A stretch of 64,000 nucleotides of DNA from Camelus dromedarius (taxonomy: Eukaryota), in contig NC_087436.1 of NCBI RefSeq assembly GCF_036321535.1, positions 121,212,001-121,276,000 on the forward strand. Direction: 5' to 3'. A program made the position numbers and the translations under genes. The notes beneath the pieces are model-generated. The model searched no databases, was not told the origin of the DNA, and saw only the letters and a program-made list of their open reading frames with translations. Position 1 is the first letter of the stretch; each line of letters begins with the position of its first letter. This document shows positions 13,203 to 26,622 of this stretch, piece by piece.

Positions 13203-13319
13203 TGGAATAGGTACTTAATTTCATCAGAATCTCCTTTAGTCTCATTATGATAATCATATAGATGTACTCTTTTAATCTATTAATATACCCAACCTGCTTA
13301 TGTACCTATGACATTCCTT

Positions 13320-13445
13320 TACTATAATGTAAGCCTCATGAAGGCAGGGACTTTGTTTTGTTCACCAATGTATCGCCATTGCACAGAACAGTTTTTAGAA
13401 GAAAGTAGAAGCTCAAAAAAATAATTGTTGAACAAATGAATGGTG
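13320..13445 (+). mobile_element. L2 3' end
   Basis: TGTAAGCCTCATGAAGGCAGGGACTTTGTTTTGTTCACC...GCTCAAAAAAATAATTGTTGAACAAATGAATGG. Confidence 0.75.
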
Positions 13446-13695
13446 ACTTGAGGGGAAAATTCTCTAATGTTGAACTATCCTTGCATTCCTTGAATAAGTC
13501 TCACTTCATAAGGATGTGTTAAGAAAAAACAGTGCTGGATTCAATTTGCTAAAATTTTATTTTGGAAGTTTCCATATTTGTTCATAAGTTAAACTGAACA
13601 ATAGTTTACTTTTGTGCTGTCCTTGTCCAGTTTGGGTGTCAAGGTTATGCTGATTCTGCAAAATGAGCTGTGTAGCTTCCCATCTTCTACGCCCA

Positions 13696-14062
13696 TGTGA
13701 CGGACCATGTTACGTTCAAAATACTTGTTGCCCCTCCCTGTGGGAGGGTTATCCACGCCCTCAACAGTGACATCAGGCTTGACCCTGTGAAGCGCTTCAG
13801 CCAGTGAATGTAAAAGCGCATAACGCGTCACTGCAGGGGGAGAACTGCCTGGGTCTGTCATGTCTTCCCTCCGCCGAAGACCCACAGCGTCCCACAGAGG
13901 AACTGTCTGGCTCTTGGGGTGAAAACACGCAGAACAAAACAAAGCCAAATTGTGATACGCATGTAATGTAAATAAGAAAGAAATTCGGCTTTTTTAAAGC
14001 CATTAAGATTTTGGGATTATTTGTTATTGCAACATTATTTGTCTTAAGTTGACCGATATACT
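13696..14062 (+). mobile_element. MaLR (MLT1-like) LTR remnant
   Basis: TGTGA start. The 3' part TTTTAAAGCCATTAAGATTTTGGGATTATTTGTTATTGCAACAT...TGACCGATATAC is typical of MLT1 LTR ends. Confidence 0.65.
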
Positions 14063-15269
14063 CACCTATACATTGGTTTGGGCATGTTGCCTTTTGAGGT
14101 GTAAATCTTTGACTTCCATATCATTTTTGCTTATGTTGATTTATCTAACCAAAGTTTCTTTTTCTTTTCAGGCCACCTGTATTTTCCTAATCATTGTCCA
14201 ATTGATCTCGTAATCAGATGTATTAGTATAAAGCTATTCATAGAATTTACTTATAACTTTACTTCTCTGTCATCTTTGGTATCATCGCCTTCTTTCTTCT
14301 TCATTCTTGATGTTATCTTTATCTTTTCTCTCTTTTTCTTGATTATACTTGCTAAAGACTCATTTTTTGGTTTTATTAATCAACTATATATTTTTGGTTT
14401 TGTTTTCTATTTTGTTAATTTCTGCTTTATCCTTATTATTTAACATTAATTTGCATTTATTTTGTTGTTTTTCCCCACCTTCTTATGTTGAAAACTTATT
14501 TCCTATATTTTCCAACTTTTCTTTTTTATAATATATACATGTAACACTACAAATTTTTTCCGCCTTGACTATATACCATATGTGTTAATGTGTATAACAG
14601 TATAACTGTTAAACAGTTCTAGGTTGTATTATAATTTCCATTTTCATCTTCTCTTTGGCCAATGGATTATTCAGAAATACAGTTTTAAATTTTCAAAAGT
14701 GTGAATTACTTCTTATTATCTTTTTGTGACTGACTTCTATTTAATTACACTGCTGTTAGTAGATGTGATCTGTATGCTATAAATGTATTTTTAATTTGTA
14801 GCAAATGCACTCCTGAAATTCAAATTCGGTAACTACTCCATGCAGCTTTGGGGGGAAACAGTGTATTCTCTGCCGATCGTAAAATTACATATATATGATA
14901 AGTACATCACATATATATATTAGATTTAAGTTGTCTGTTTTGTAATTCAAATACTCTATGATCCTATTCTTTTTTTTAATCAGCTTAATGTCTTAGTTTC
15001 TGAAAAAAGTATATTATACTTTTTCCCTTAGGGTATCTGTCCACTTTTATTGTAGTTCATCTAATTTTACTTTATAATTGGGAGGCTGTATTTTTGGTGC
15101 ACACTGCCTTCTTTGTTCTTTTTTTATTGTTTTTTTCACTTTGAATAATTTTATCTGATGTTAATATTGCCATATGAGTTTTCTTTTTCTTAGTATCTAC
15201 CTCAGAAAATAATTTCACTTAATTTTTTTTCAATCTCCCTCTCAATTTAGTTTTAAAATTGAGTTTTAA

Positions 15270-16260
15270 ACAACCTGAATGGAGAGTTTTTCTCCTCGGA
15301 TGCTCCTTCTCGCCCATTGATCCCACAGTCTTCTTCAGGACCTGTTCTGGGCTCTCTTCTCTACCTGCTCAGCCCTTCTAGGCAATCTGGTCCACCCCCG
15401 GTATTCAGCTATATTGGAAATGCAGTTAGAGCAGCAATAATAGCACTAACCATAACAGCGGTATCATTTGTGTGACTCATTATCCTGTGCCAGGTTCTAA
15501 GTGCATCACACACGCTGGTTTAGCTAATTCTCACAGTAAGTCTTAAAGATGGGGCCTAGTGCCTGTTCACAGACAGAGAATACAGGCAGCCGGCTGGCAG
15601 CAGAGGCGGGACTCGCCTCCCGCCTCGCCTCCAGCTGCCTTCCAGTTCCCAGTCCTCTCGCAGGTCCCGGACGCACCCCTGCTGCACGGTCCCTGATGAC
15701 AGGTGTCCCGAGGCATCAGGCTCACTGATGGACAGACGGCCCTCAAGCTCACACTCTGGCCCAGCTGCATCTCCGCATCCTCACTCACTCTCCCAGCTCC
15801 CCACACGACATCTCCAGGCCACAGGCCCCTTGTCACTGCCCTGTTTCTGCTTCTCCTCGCCCTGCTCCCTCCCATCCCTGCCAACGCTAAGGTCGCCGTC
15901 CCGATGAGGTGGGTCCGGGGTCCTCGCTGGCCTCACGGGCACGTGGCCTTTCCCTCCAGGTCCCCGCTACCGCGGCTGGTCCTCCTCAGCGTTTTCCTGG
16001 CCCCTCTCACCCTCAAGAACACAGCAGGCTTAACCTCAGCTCACCTCCCAGGGCTCAGCTCCATTCTGACGTGGGGCCTCTGGCCGGACCAGGCCCTGCG
16101 GCCCAGCTCCTACCTCCACCATCACTCCCAGAAGCGCATCCTGCCATAACCCGCCAACACCCAGAGAAGGTGCGGCCTGGCCGATGTGACAGGTCACCTG
16201 ACTGCAAGCCCTTGCAAAATCTGGGACGTCACAAGCTTCCACCTCCCCTTCTTTGGACAA
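15270..16260. mobile_element. L2 remnants with an antisense MIR (~15430-15560)
   Basis: TGTGCCAGGTTCTAAGTGCATCACAC...TAATTCTCACAG (MIR, reverse). Pyrimidine-rich L2-like flanks. Confidence 0.5.
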
Positions 16261-16499
16261 TGGAGTCTATGTGAAGGTGACACATTAGCCTGAAATAATC
16301 TCAATTAATGCTCATTTTAGACACTTACAAAGGTCAGTCATCTAAAAGAAATGGCTTTTTTTTTAAAGGCAAACAAACCAAGCCAGATTTAGTGCTTATT
16401 CCTGGGGAAATGACCTCAAGATTTTCAGACAGCAGGACAGTAAGTGGCTACATAATGAAGACCACGAAGGCACAGTTACAAAACAAGTAAACCCCAACT

Positions 16500-17890
16500 G
16501 TCCTCACGTCAGCGGCCGTGTGGGCCTCGTGCTGCCATTTCCAGCGAAAGCATCACACGGGATTCCTGGAGTGCCGTCTCTCGACCAGCTCAGACAGAAG
16601 TGAAGACGACTCTGGAGCTGCCAGCGACCTACACACTGGCTGCCAAATGTATAAGAAAACACAAAAGGCCTGGAATAACCAAAGCAACCCTGAGCCCACA
16701 GTGCCGGATCTCTAAACGCACCACAAAGCAACAGTCATTGCGACACAAGGTGCTGATCCAATGACAGAGACCAGTGGAACGAAGACAGACCTGCAAATAT
16801 ATGATTACCTGATAAAGGTGCTGCTTCAGTTCAGTGAGGAAAGGATCATCTTTTCAACAAATGAAGCTGGGTCAACTGGGTCTCGGGGGGAAAATGAATC
16901 CTGTCCCCTAACTCACATCATATTAAAAAACATCAGTTCCAGATGGTCAGAGGTCTCAGTGCGAAAGATAAAACAATGACGGTTTTACCTGCATGATCCT
17001 GGGAAGGGCAACGCCTGCTCTAAGGGGACATAAAAAGCATCCCCAGAAAGAGCAAATGATACACTGGATGAGATTAAGATTAAAAACTTTTGGTCATCAA
17101 AATTCACTGCGAAGAGAATGACCAGGTAAGCTGCAGAGGCTCACCTGAACACACAAACCCAATGCAAGAATCATCTCCAGGATATATTTTGAAAATGTTC
17201 TACAAATCAATATGGAAAGTAGATGCTCTGATAGGAAAACAGGCAAGTCTCGTGAAGACACTTCTCAGAAGGGGACACTCAAGTGGCCAAATCACACAAA
17301 AGGTGTTCAACCCACCAGCCACCAGGGAACCGCACACTAAAACCAGAACCCAGGGCCCACCCACCTCCCCAGCAGTGAACTGAAAACAGACGGCAGGACA
17401 TGCCAGCGACGTGGTGGCCAGAGCTCTCGGGCACTGCTGGCCGGTGTGTCCGCTGGGGGACTGTGCCGGGGCCCCGGCCAGAGTCACTGCAGCTCAGTGT
17501 GCCCAGGAAACACCATGACCCAGCCTGCCACAACAGGACTGGGTGCAGGTGTCCACCACTGTGACTGCAAATATCACCAACAGTAGGGTGGACACGGGAG
17601 CAGGGGGGAAAGCAGGCACCACACTCCACATGTAGCACGAGACTCACATACCAGCGCCACGTGGCACCCAACGCAGACGCTTGGCGTACATGGGCTGCAG
17701 ATCCCTTCTGCAGAGTCCCCTTTGCAGACAAAACTCATGAGAGTGTCAGCGGTCAGGCTGGTGGTCAGCTCGGGCGGCAGGGCTAGTAGGGGCCGGTGAC
17801 ACGGGTGTGGGCCGTAGGAAAATTCCTGAGGCCACACACAGATGGCGTGAGCTTCCCACATGTCGGTTGTTCTCCAAGAAAAAGTACTCA
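16500..17890 (+). mobile_element. Old L1 (L1ME-like) ORF2 end and 3'UTR
   Basis: Remnant translation KTDLQIYDYLIKVLLQFSEERIIFSTNEAG resembles the ORF2p segment before the C-terminal domain. CTTTTCAACAAATG motif. Confidence 0.75.
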
Positions 17891-19499
17891 TTACTTGAAG
17901 AACAGTTCTATCACGATGCATCTCAAGTGTTTGAATAAATTGTATCATGAAACGTGAGCAGAAGAAAGGAGCAGCCTTTCTAAATTAGCATGGTTTCGTG
18001 TCAAATGTAATTTGGGGTAATTAAGTATTTAATTATACGGTTGTTAGCTACATTTCTTTCTAGATCTGTTATCTCCATTTGATATATTCAAACTGGTCAC
18101 CGCAGCATCTGGGGGCTTGTCACCAGGAAGCAGGGGGGCCTGTCACAAGTGAGGGCATCCTGTGCCATGTGTCCCAAGCTGCCCATGGGCTGGCAGGCGG
18201 GGCACCGTGCACACATGGACCTGTCCGAGGGTGGGTGGGTGACCGACCCTGAAGAGCACAGGCCTGAGAGTGGAGGCACCGAGTCTGGAGCAGAGCTGGC
18301 ACGGGGCACGGGCTCCACTGTCCTCACCTCCACCTCCCGCCACCAGCAGGGCCACACAGGGAGCACGGCCAAGCCCAGCCTGGGCCGGCACCGGCCTCCC
18401 CGTATTCCAGCCACCTCCTCACGGTCAGCTCTGGAAGCCCACTCACCGTTGATGTCAGTGACCTGGAGCTCGACTGATGTGAGCTCACTGGGGAAACAGT
18501 GAGTGGTGTCAGGACTGTCAGATGTGGCTGCTCTCACAACGTCCCATGAAAGCTTTTCAGCACCTGGGAATCCGGAGAAAGGGTCGCCCAGATTTGCTCT
18601 GGTACAGGAACCCTCCTGGCTGCAGCTGCACGGTGACCAGCGTCCCGGGCCACCAGGAACCACACACACAGCCGTCTTCCGGAGCAGACCGTGGTGGAGG
18701 CTCAAAGAGGGGCAGGTCCCCCCGCCTCCTGGCCAACCTCCAGGCTGCCCGCCTGCAGACTGGGCTGCACCTGCTTGCGGGGCTGCAGCGAGGCAGGAGT
18801 GAATGTGTGCGCGGCCCCGGGAGCCCCTGCCCACAGCTGGGCGCCGTCGATACCACCAGCACCAGCACCGCAGCCTCCCCCACCCGGAGGAAGCGCACCT
18901 TTAACAGTCAGCTAGCGTGCAACGATGCCTCTGGGGTTTCCCTACGTGGTGCTGGACAAGCCAGACATCCCTCCTGAAGCGGCAAGCTCTCCCAGATCCC
19001 CTCCCATCAGGGGAGGGGCATTTCCTCCGGCCCTGGGGGGTCCCTATGCTGGTTCCTGGAGGGAACCAGGGACCGTGTGGGCGGGAGACAGGCTGAGTCA
19101 TGACACACAAGGAAGTCAGTAGATGAGTTTCTGGGACAGTCAGGGTGCCATCTCATTGTTCATTTCTCTAGTTCATTCTGATGCTGTGACTTTTCAACTG
19201 AACACTAACCTCTCCCAGAACAGAAGGGGCACGTGAAGGCAGTCGAAGCTCACTGGGCTTCAGAGCCGGTGTGCGTCATCACGGCTGCTTCCGTGTGCTC
19301 GGTGCTGAGCTGGGCAGTGGGCGTCCCGGGGCCAGGGCTGGGGGAGAGAGCCCGGCTTCTCTGGGTTGCGATGCAGCTTTTAGCTTACAGGTAATGGGAA
19401 ATCACTGAAGTTCTTCATGCAAGGGAGTGTTGTGACCTGAGTTTTGTTCTGAATTTTACAGAACATATCCTACAATTACAGTGAAAAAAACTGTATCAC

Positions 19500-20686
19500 A
19501 AGAAATCTGTGACTGGCTAATGGGGTAACTGGGACAAGACTTCACCCCTGCCACATATTACTATAAAACCAGGCAAAACAGATGAAGCAGCAGCTTTCAA
19601 AAATCGGACTCTGATTCCTGATGGAAAAGAAATCAACAAGGTGAGTCCCGGCTCACCCAGCCGCCTGCCAGGAGGCACTTGACAAACCGCAGCACCCAGA
19701 AGGGGAACCCAAATCAGTTACAGCCTTCTACTGAGTTGAGAAGACAGAGATGAGCATTAGCCAAGCCGAGGGTAGCTGGAACTTGCAGGTGCCAGGGGAG
19801 AAAGAACTGCAGGAATCTCAGGTTGTGCACACACGGGGTGCAACCCAGGAGGCCTGGCCAAGGACAGCTGGGAGCTGCAGCTGGACAGTTCCCAGGACCC
19901 ACACGGGGCCGGGAGACTCCTGATCCACCAGTTCTTGCTGAACACCTGCCCTTCACACACGTGGGGTCTCCCGAAGCCCCACAGGCTTAAGGAATAGGAC
20001 TAACCGAGCTTACAGTGAAAGCTGCTTTAGCCCTGCCCTGAAAAAAGCCTAAAAACAAGCTTCAAAAGGATCAAGCAATCCACAAGCAGCTTAGCTGTCA
20101 GTGAAAACAAACCCATACTCTTCAAAGGAAGACAAAGTCCTGCACCCAGTCGAAAGCCACCAGCCACGCGAAGATGCAGAAGAATGTGACTCATGACTAG
20201 GAGAAAGACCAGTCAGCAGAATGGACCCAGGAATGGCAGCAAGGATGAGTCAGCAGACAGACCTGAAGACACTTCGAGCTGCTGGAAACATGCTCAAGAC
20301 TTTAAATGAAAAGCATGAACACATGAGGACAGAAGTGAAGGCTATAAAAGATCCAAAGGGGCTGCTAGAGACACAAGTAAATCTCTGGAATGGACAGTTC
20401 TCAGGATGGAGCTCGCAGCATCTACAACACTGCAGAGGAGCAGAGCAGTGAACCTCAAGACAGAGCAAAACAAACTACACAGCACGAAGTACGCGGAGGG
20501 AAAAGAGGCCAAAAAGAACAAGGCTCAGTGCCTCGCAGAGACGCTCCCGCAGTGGGAGGGGGTGAACAACGCCTGACCCCAACACACCCCAAACAGCAGG
20601 CAGACGGTAAAACCAGCCCAAGACTCATCATCATTAAGTTGCTGGAAACCAGCGAGAAACAGAAAATTGTAAAAGCTTTCCTCTAA
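19500..20686 (+). mobile_element. Old L1 5' region and ORF1 remnant
   Basis: Translation KTSPRLIIIKLLETSEKQKIVKA matches the ORF1p PRHIIIKL...EKILKA motif. Confidence 0.7.
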
Positions 20687-23600
20687 GGAACGCCCAGGGA
20701 CACGCTCCTTCCCTTTTTACAGTTTTCCCAAATCTGCACAGAAGCTGCCTAGACAAAGCCCCTGACAGAAGCCACTGAGCCCTCCCCAACCTCAGGGGCG
20801 ACTTTGAGACTTTTCCCCTAAATTACTTGCCCAATTAGATTTCCAGTCCACTCTATATAATACTTTCTCTCAGCAACTTTACACATATTCTCCTGGGAGT
20901 GAACCTAATAAAAATTTCAGACTATTCTGAAAGTCCTTAGGTGAGAAGCTTCAAACATTTAAAACAACATTAACTATTTGAGTAAACTCTTTACTGACAT
21001 ACAATACATACAAAAAAGGGGCACAAGGCGTAAGTAAACACTCATGCAAGCGGCTCCCAGACCAGGAGGACCCACATGGGCTGGACTGTGGCGGGAGCTG
21101 CCACAGGGAGATGCCCCCGGGCGGTCACAGGGCTTACTAACCAGTCCTGGCACTGCTTTTCACACTAAGTTCCCTAAGAAAGGTTTTCCCTCCAAAAATC
21201 AAATTTTCACTCCCCTTGGAGTGGGAAGGATACACCTGCTTCCAGGCAGGGCCACTGGGGGGGGGGAAGGGACAAGGAACAGACACAGGAGGGTCATGAA
21301 GGGGACCTCCACGGTGACCGCAATGCTCCAGGGAAAAGGGCTGAGGCAGAGATGCCCACATGTCAACAGACGTGACATCTGGGGGAGTGGGGGGGAAGGC
21401 ATGTGGTCACTGGTTTTATTTCTTTTGAACTTCTGTTTGCTTGAAAAAAAATTCACAACTATAAAGACTTACTAATAAAAACTCTCTCCAAATATCTTGT
21501 AGAACTGGAAAGAAATAAGTACATTGGAAGGAATCTTGGCAGAAATCAAGCCTCCATACTTTGAAAAACTAAAATCTAAGTCTGACTAGTGTTTACAAAT
21601 ACTTAGTACTTCGTACCCTATAAATACACTATGTTTTCTGGGTATAATTTTTAAGTTCAAAAGCAAACCATAAAGAATGTGATACATTAAACAGACTTAA
21701 AATACAGACTTCTGGCTACAATAACCCCCTCACACAGCAAATTACAAATGAACATTCCATCTTACTTTTAGCAAACATCTCTGAAAATGTGCAAACAGGC
21801 TGCACGGTTTTTCTGACGAGGAGATTTTGTGCAAATCCCATGGCACTGCTCTGAAACCTCTCCATTTCTCTTTCTCGTTCATAATTTTATGGAATGCGAA
21901 TTCACTGGCCAAAAACACTAAAGATAATAACATCTTATATTCAACAGACAGAGGCCGTTTAACTCCCCAGTTAACAGGGGTGTGACTGTCACTGTCGGGC
22001 AGTAGCTCTGAGGGCCCAGGAAGCAGTCTGCCGTGGTGCCTGCTCCCGCCTGGCGGTCCCACCAGGCAAAGGGAAGATGCGACGAGGCCCAGAGTAAAGA
22101 TGAAGACACAGATGGAGGGAGAACGGCATGCCGGTGGGCTTCCCCCGTGGCCCAGTCCCCGCTACCGTGAGGTGAGCTGCTCTGGGGGCAGGATGCTGGC
22201 CACGCTGGAGCTTCCCGGAGGAGCCAGCAGTTTCCAGCGAATGACCAAAGGCAACAGGCGGCTTTCTGTGTGTTGCATTTATTCCCTCATGCAGGATGGT
22301 GTTAAAGGAGAGACCCTGCAAACCCCAGACACCTGCTGTGATAAGAGTCACTTCTGGAAACCAAGTTGACCGTGAATGTAGAGCACAAGGGAAACAGAGC
22401 CAAGAGGCAGGCCCGGATGGGGAGCGGGGGTTGGACTTGGGCAGGAGGAGGGACCCCAAGCCTGGGGGTGGGGATCAGGGACCCCACCCTGGATCTGGCC
22501 CTGACCGTGCCCACCAGGGTTCACGCAGTGTCCAGCAGGGTTGCAGATGGGCAGGACCCAGAAAGACACTCAGCCCTGGCCAGGTGAGTGCAAACTTTTG
22601 GGAGAAGGGCCCTCCTGGGCCCTGGGGAGGGAGCAGCCAGACCCAAGACCACTCGCACCCTAGCACCAAGAGGAGTAGGTGGAAAGGACTGGAAAGTTCT
22701 AGTCTATGACAACCCACTTTCTTCTTCCTTTCCTGCTGAAAGTTCTATTTCCAAACAAGACAAAACAGACCTGCTCCCAGCAGCATCTCGGGTGAGTATG
22801 GGCGAGTGAAGGAGTCACAGACTCTCCTTCTTCACATCCACCACAGGCAGGGGTGGGCCAGGGGGACAAAAATCAGCCACAAATTTAGCAAAAGCAGCCA
22901 AAAAAAAAAAAAAAAAAAGAGGGCACAGTCTGATGCCAGAAGCTTCAACCAAGAAAAAGAAAAAAGCCAACAAATGATAAGAATAAAAAGGTTTTGACAG
23001 GCTCTGCACGTGACCCACCGCTGGGAACCCATCAGTTGTCCCGGGGAGGAAGGCATACCAACAAAACCCTGAGCGTTCTTCTGGAGGCGGGTGGCAGGGC
23101 AGCTCGGGGGACCAAGGGGAAGCCCTGCGGGGAGAGCCCAGCGGGGAGAGCCCAGCTGGCGCTGCGGAGGTCGGCACCGGGCGGAAGGGCACCAGGGCTC
23201 AGCACTGCGGCCTCTCTGGGCTCAAGACGTCAGTGCCAGAAAGCCCGGTGATGAGGACCAGGCGGGCTGCTGACACCTGCAGACGGGGGGATGCGCTGAA
23301 AGACAGGTGGACGGATGGGCGGACAGATGGGTAGGTGGGTGGGTGGATGACAGAAGGTACACGATACGCAAAAAGCAAACACAAGGTCTGGTCTGGAAGA
23401 AGACGTAGCCTAGAGAACTTTAGAAATTCTTCAAGTTCTAAGAGAGAAAGGGGCCAATGCAAAGATGATTAGACCAAGTGAGGACAAAAATCAGTACTAT
23501 TACAAAATGAATAAAAAGTAAAAAAGAAGCGAGATATGTCTAAGAAGTTAAAATAATGACACAGAAAAAAGACTTTTACAACCAAACTGCTTTGAGTAGA

Positions 23601-26600
23601 ACTGACTGACTTTCTCAAAGAAGCAGAAGCGAGCCCCGCGGGCTCTCAGCCAGTTCCCTGGCAAGGGGGGGAAAGAAGCAGAGGGCCTAAACTTCCTGGC
23701 AGCCTGGTCGTCCCTGGGTGTGGGAGTTGGGTGGAGTAGGGGGATCCTGGCAAAGCTGCTTGGTGCAAAGTTAAAAAAAAAAAGAAAAGAAAGAAAACAG
23801 GAGAATAAACTTTTATGACAACGAAGCTGCGCTGTGCCCGACCCCAGGTGCAGGCTGCTGGAAGGCTCTCTCCCCTCAAGGCGAGGTCTCAGGCCCCCAC
23901 CAAGCTCCTGACCCCCCTGCCGCTGGGGGTCTTCAGCGTGAATAATTTGCCACGGGGCAGATCAGCACCCTTTGAGCCTCTCTGAAGTGCCGGAATGGTC
24001 TTCCTTTCCTCGGGGCAGAATCTGCCCCCGCGCTCACTTGCCCCTGGCTTGCCCTCCAAGGACTGACCCCCACGCCTGCCTTCACAGGGTGGTCTCTGGC
24101 TTGGGGCCCCTCTCCCTCTGCGGGCTGGGGGGGGGGCTGCACACAGGGCACCGGGCAGCCCCCCGACAGGGCAGCCCCGGAACCGACCGCACGGTGGGAA
24201 CAGCTCTCATAAGAGGACAACGTGGGAACTGAACACGGCAGTTAATGACTCCAAATGAGCTCACTGACGAGGTTAACTGAACCCAAACTATTTCTGGGTG
24301 AGCGCTTTATTAGTCACCAGGACTAGGCCGGGCGGCTCGGTGGAGGCAGGCCCAGCTGGTGAGGAGGCCGCTTCCCAGAGCTGGCTCCTGACTCACCCCG
24401 GCAGCGCAGGGCGCCCCCCTCACCCCAAGGAGATGGCGCTGCGGGAGCTCCGGGCCCTTGGGGACCACAATCCCCAGCCCAACACAGAGTATGGAACATC
24501 TCGTGTGGAGAGAGACACGCTCCTGGGTCCCCTCAACCAGTCTCCATCCCCCGCTGGGCAGGGGTCCACAGCAGGGTCGGGGGCACCCCAGGAAGCAGAT
24601 GTCAGGACCTGGAGGGTCTGAGGCTGGAGCTGGGGCTCTGGGGTGAGGTGGGGGAGGCCAGGGCCTGGCCCTGCCATCAGGCAGACCTCAAAGTCTGAGT
24701 TCCCACTTCAGCTTGGTATCTACGTGACCCTCTTTCTGCTGGGGTGTTTTTACGTGTAAAGACAGCAGAATATAACACATTCCTCCTAGAACTAACATGC
24801 AAATGAAATGAGATGAGTTTTTCTTCTTACTTATATAATCAGAAAAGAAACTGAAGGTGGAAAGATAATAAAAGCATAAATAAACTCCATAGAATACATG
24901 TAACTGTCTGGCCCAGTTCCTGATATTCACGGTGTGCTCGTGAAATCATGACCATCCCCCGCCTCTGTCACAGAGGGGCCCACCAAGGGGAGGGTCTGTC
25001 CCCAGGGGCACTGGGTCTGAGGTGGAGAGGAGGGGCCGGGGGGGGGGATCCCCCATAGGGAAGGGGGAGCCACTGCCACCAGCCAGGATACCACTTCCTT
25101 AGAAAGGACACCCAGGCCTGTGAGTCGGGGACTTCCCACACTTGGGAAGTTTAGCTTTTTAAAAATTACAAAATGGAATATATAATCAAACTCCCTGGGG
25201 TTCCTGCATCTACTGCTGACAAGAAAACTTTAGAGATAACAGAAGCTTAATATTTATGAGTAGACTGATCATATTAAATACCCTCAAATTTCCAAATTTC
25301 CTGCAGAAATGAATGCCTTCTACCAGAAAAGGCAACTGAGCACAGGGTAGAAAGGGCCAGCGCAAGCAGAACACTGTAAAAACCACTCGCTTTCAGCCTG
25401 GGTTTGGTTACAGGTCTTAATTAAGGAGGCTTTCCCACTCCTAGCTTAAGACTGATTAAATGACATGATTACCATTGTAATAAGACATGTAACATCATTC
25501 TTTTATTAAAAAATACGTCCCCAAACACAAACCTAAGGATGTGTCTGGTCTCAGCCTCAGGTATCAGCACATCTCACACTTCCCACGCTGGACCGACGGA
25601 CAGAGAGCGACCAGCTGCGTCTTCCAGGCCGGCAGACTCGGGCCCCACCTGCCCTCCAGGTACAGGGCTCCGGCCTGTCCAGGCACAAGCAACCCTTCCT
25701 AAGGCCCGTGACTGAAGTCATCAGTTGTAGGACAATAGAAAGTGTCAAGAAAGCGACAGTCAGTTTCTCTTTAACTCACAATAACGAGAGTAACCTTGGA
25801 CCCCATTACTTTCCGCAGCTCTGACAGTCCGTGGGGCCCACAGCCAGTAAATAAATGAAGTAAAGTGCTCTTACATTTTCATAGACTATAAAGCCCAACT
25901 CCCAATAGAAAAGAACAGAGCAATCAAAAAGGTCAAAAAGCAAAGCAAAACCTGTGAGCGTGAGGACTTTGACAAGCATTAGAAGAAATGAGGAGCACTT
26001 GGAAGAACGGGAGATTCTTAAACAGTCATTGAACTAAAATGATAAAGGTTACATCACAGAAATATCTTCAGTGAAGCAGGACAACGCTGGCCCTTTCCTT
26101 CTTGGGTCGGCCTCGTTAAGAGAATTCCCACGCACAAAGTCATTTAAAGACAGAGTTTTGATTCCTGTGAATTCATTCCACTACACTCAATTCAGCTATT
26201 AAATTTTAAGGTAAATTTAGCAACTGAGAGTCTCACCCGAATTTCCAGAATTGCTCAAATTCAGCAAGAGCTTTGACAACTTCACTCATGCTGGCTTACA
26301 AGCTGGTTCTGCAACAAGGCAGAGCGGGTTGTAACTTGCCAAGCACAGGTACGCGCCAGGCCTCGCCAGGCGTCGTTATCACACTGCACACGTCCCCCAA
26401 CAAACCGCTTCCCAAACACGCCGCGGGCACTGGGAGAGACGGGGCCCCCGCAACTGGCCCTAACCCACCCCCCCAAGCACTATGGGGTACGGACAGGCCA
26501 AGAAAACATCATTTACTCATGCCTAATAGGAAATACACTTCTACAATTTAAAAGCTTCATTAAAAATAATAAAAAATATACATCAGAAAGTGTGACTTAC

Positions 26601-26622
26601 CACCATCAGACACAGTTGCAGA
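26601..26622 (-). CDS. RGS12: RGS12 22-nt micro-exon (SATVSDG + G)
   Basis: ctctctctcttttctttcag|TCTGCAACTGTGTCTGATGGTG|gtaagt. Long pyrimidine tract and consensus donor. Phase 0 in, phase 1 out, exactly bridging 46697 and 2732. Confidence 0.95.

Larger units (their letters stand above)
12760..15260 (-). mobile_element. AT-rich cluster of old antisense L1 fragments with nested elements
   Basis: L1 antisense motifs (TTTGTCTTGTTCCT, TTGAACTATCCTTGCATTCCTTGAATAA, TGCTGGATTCAATTTGCTAAAATTTT). Sharp AT-rich island in a GC-rich background. Confidence 0.75.

Noticed and set aside
20850..20915. TATATAA followed by AATAAA suggesting an LTR or small gene
   Set aside because: No TG..CA termini or TSD that I could identify. 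Such motifs are common in AT-rich patches.
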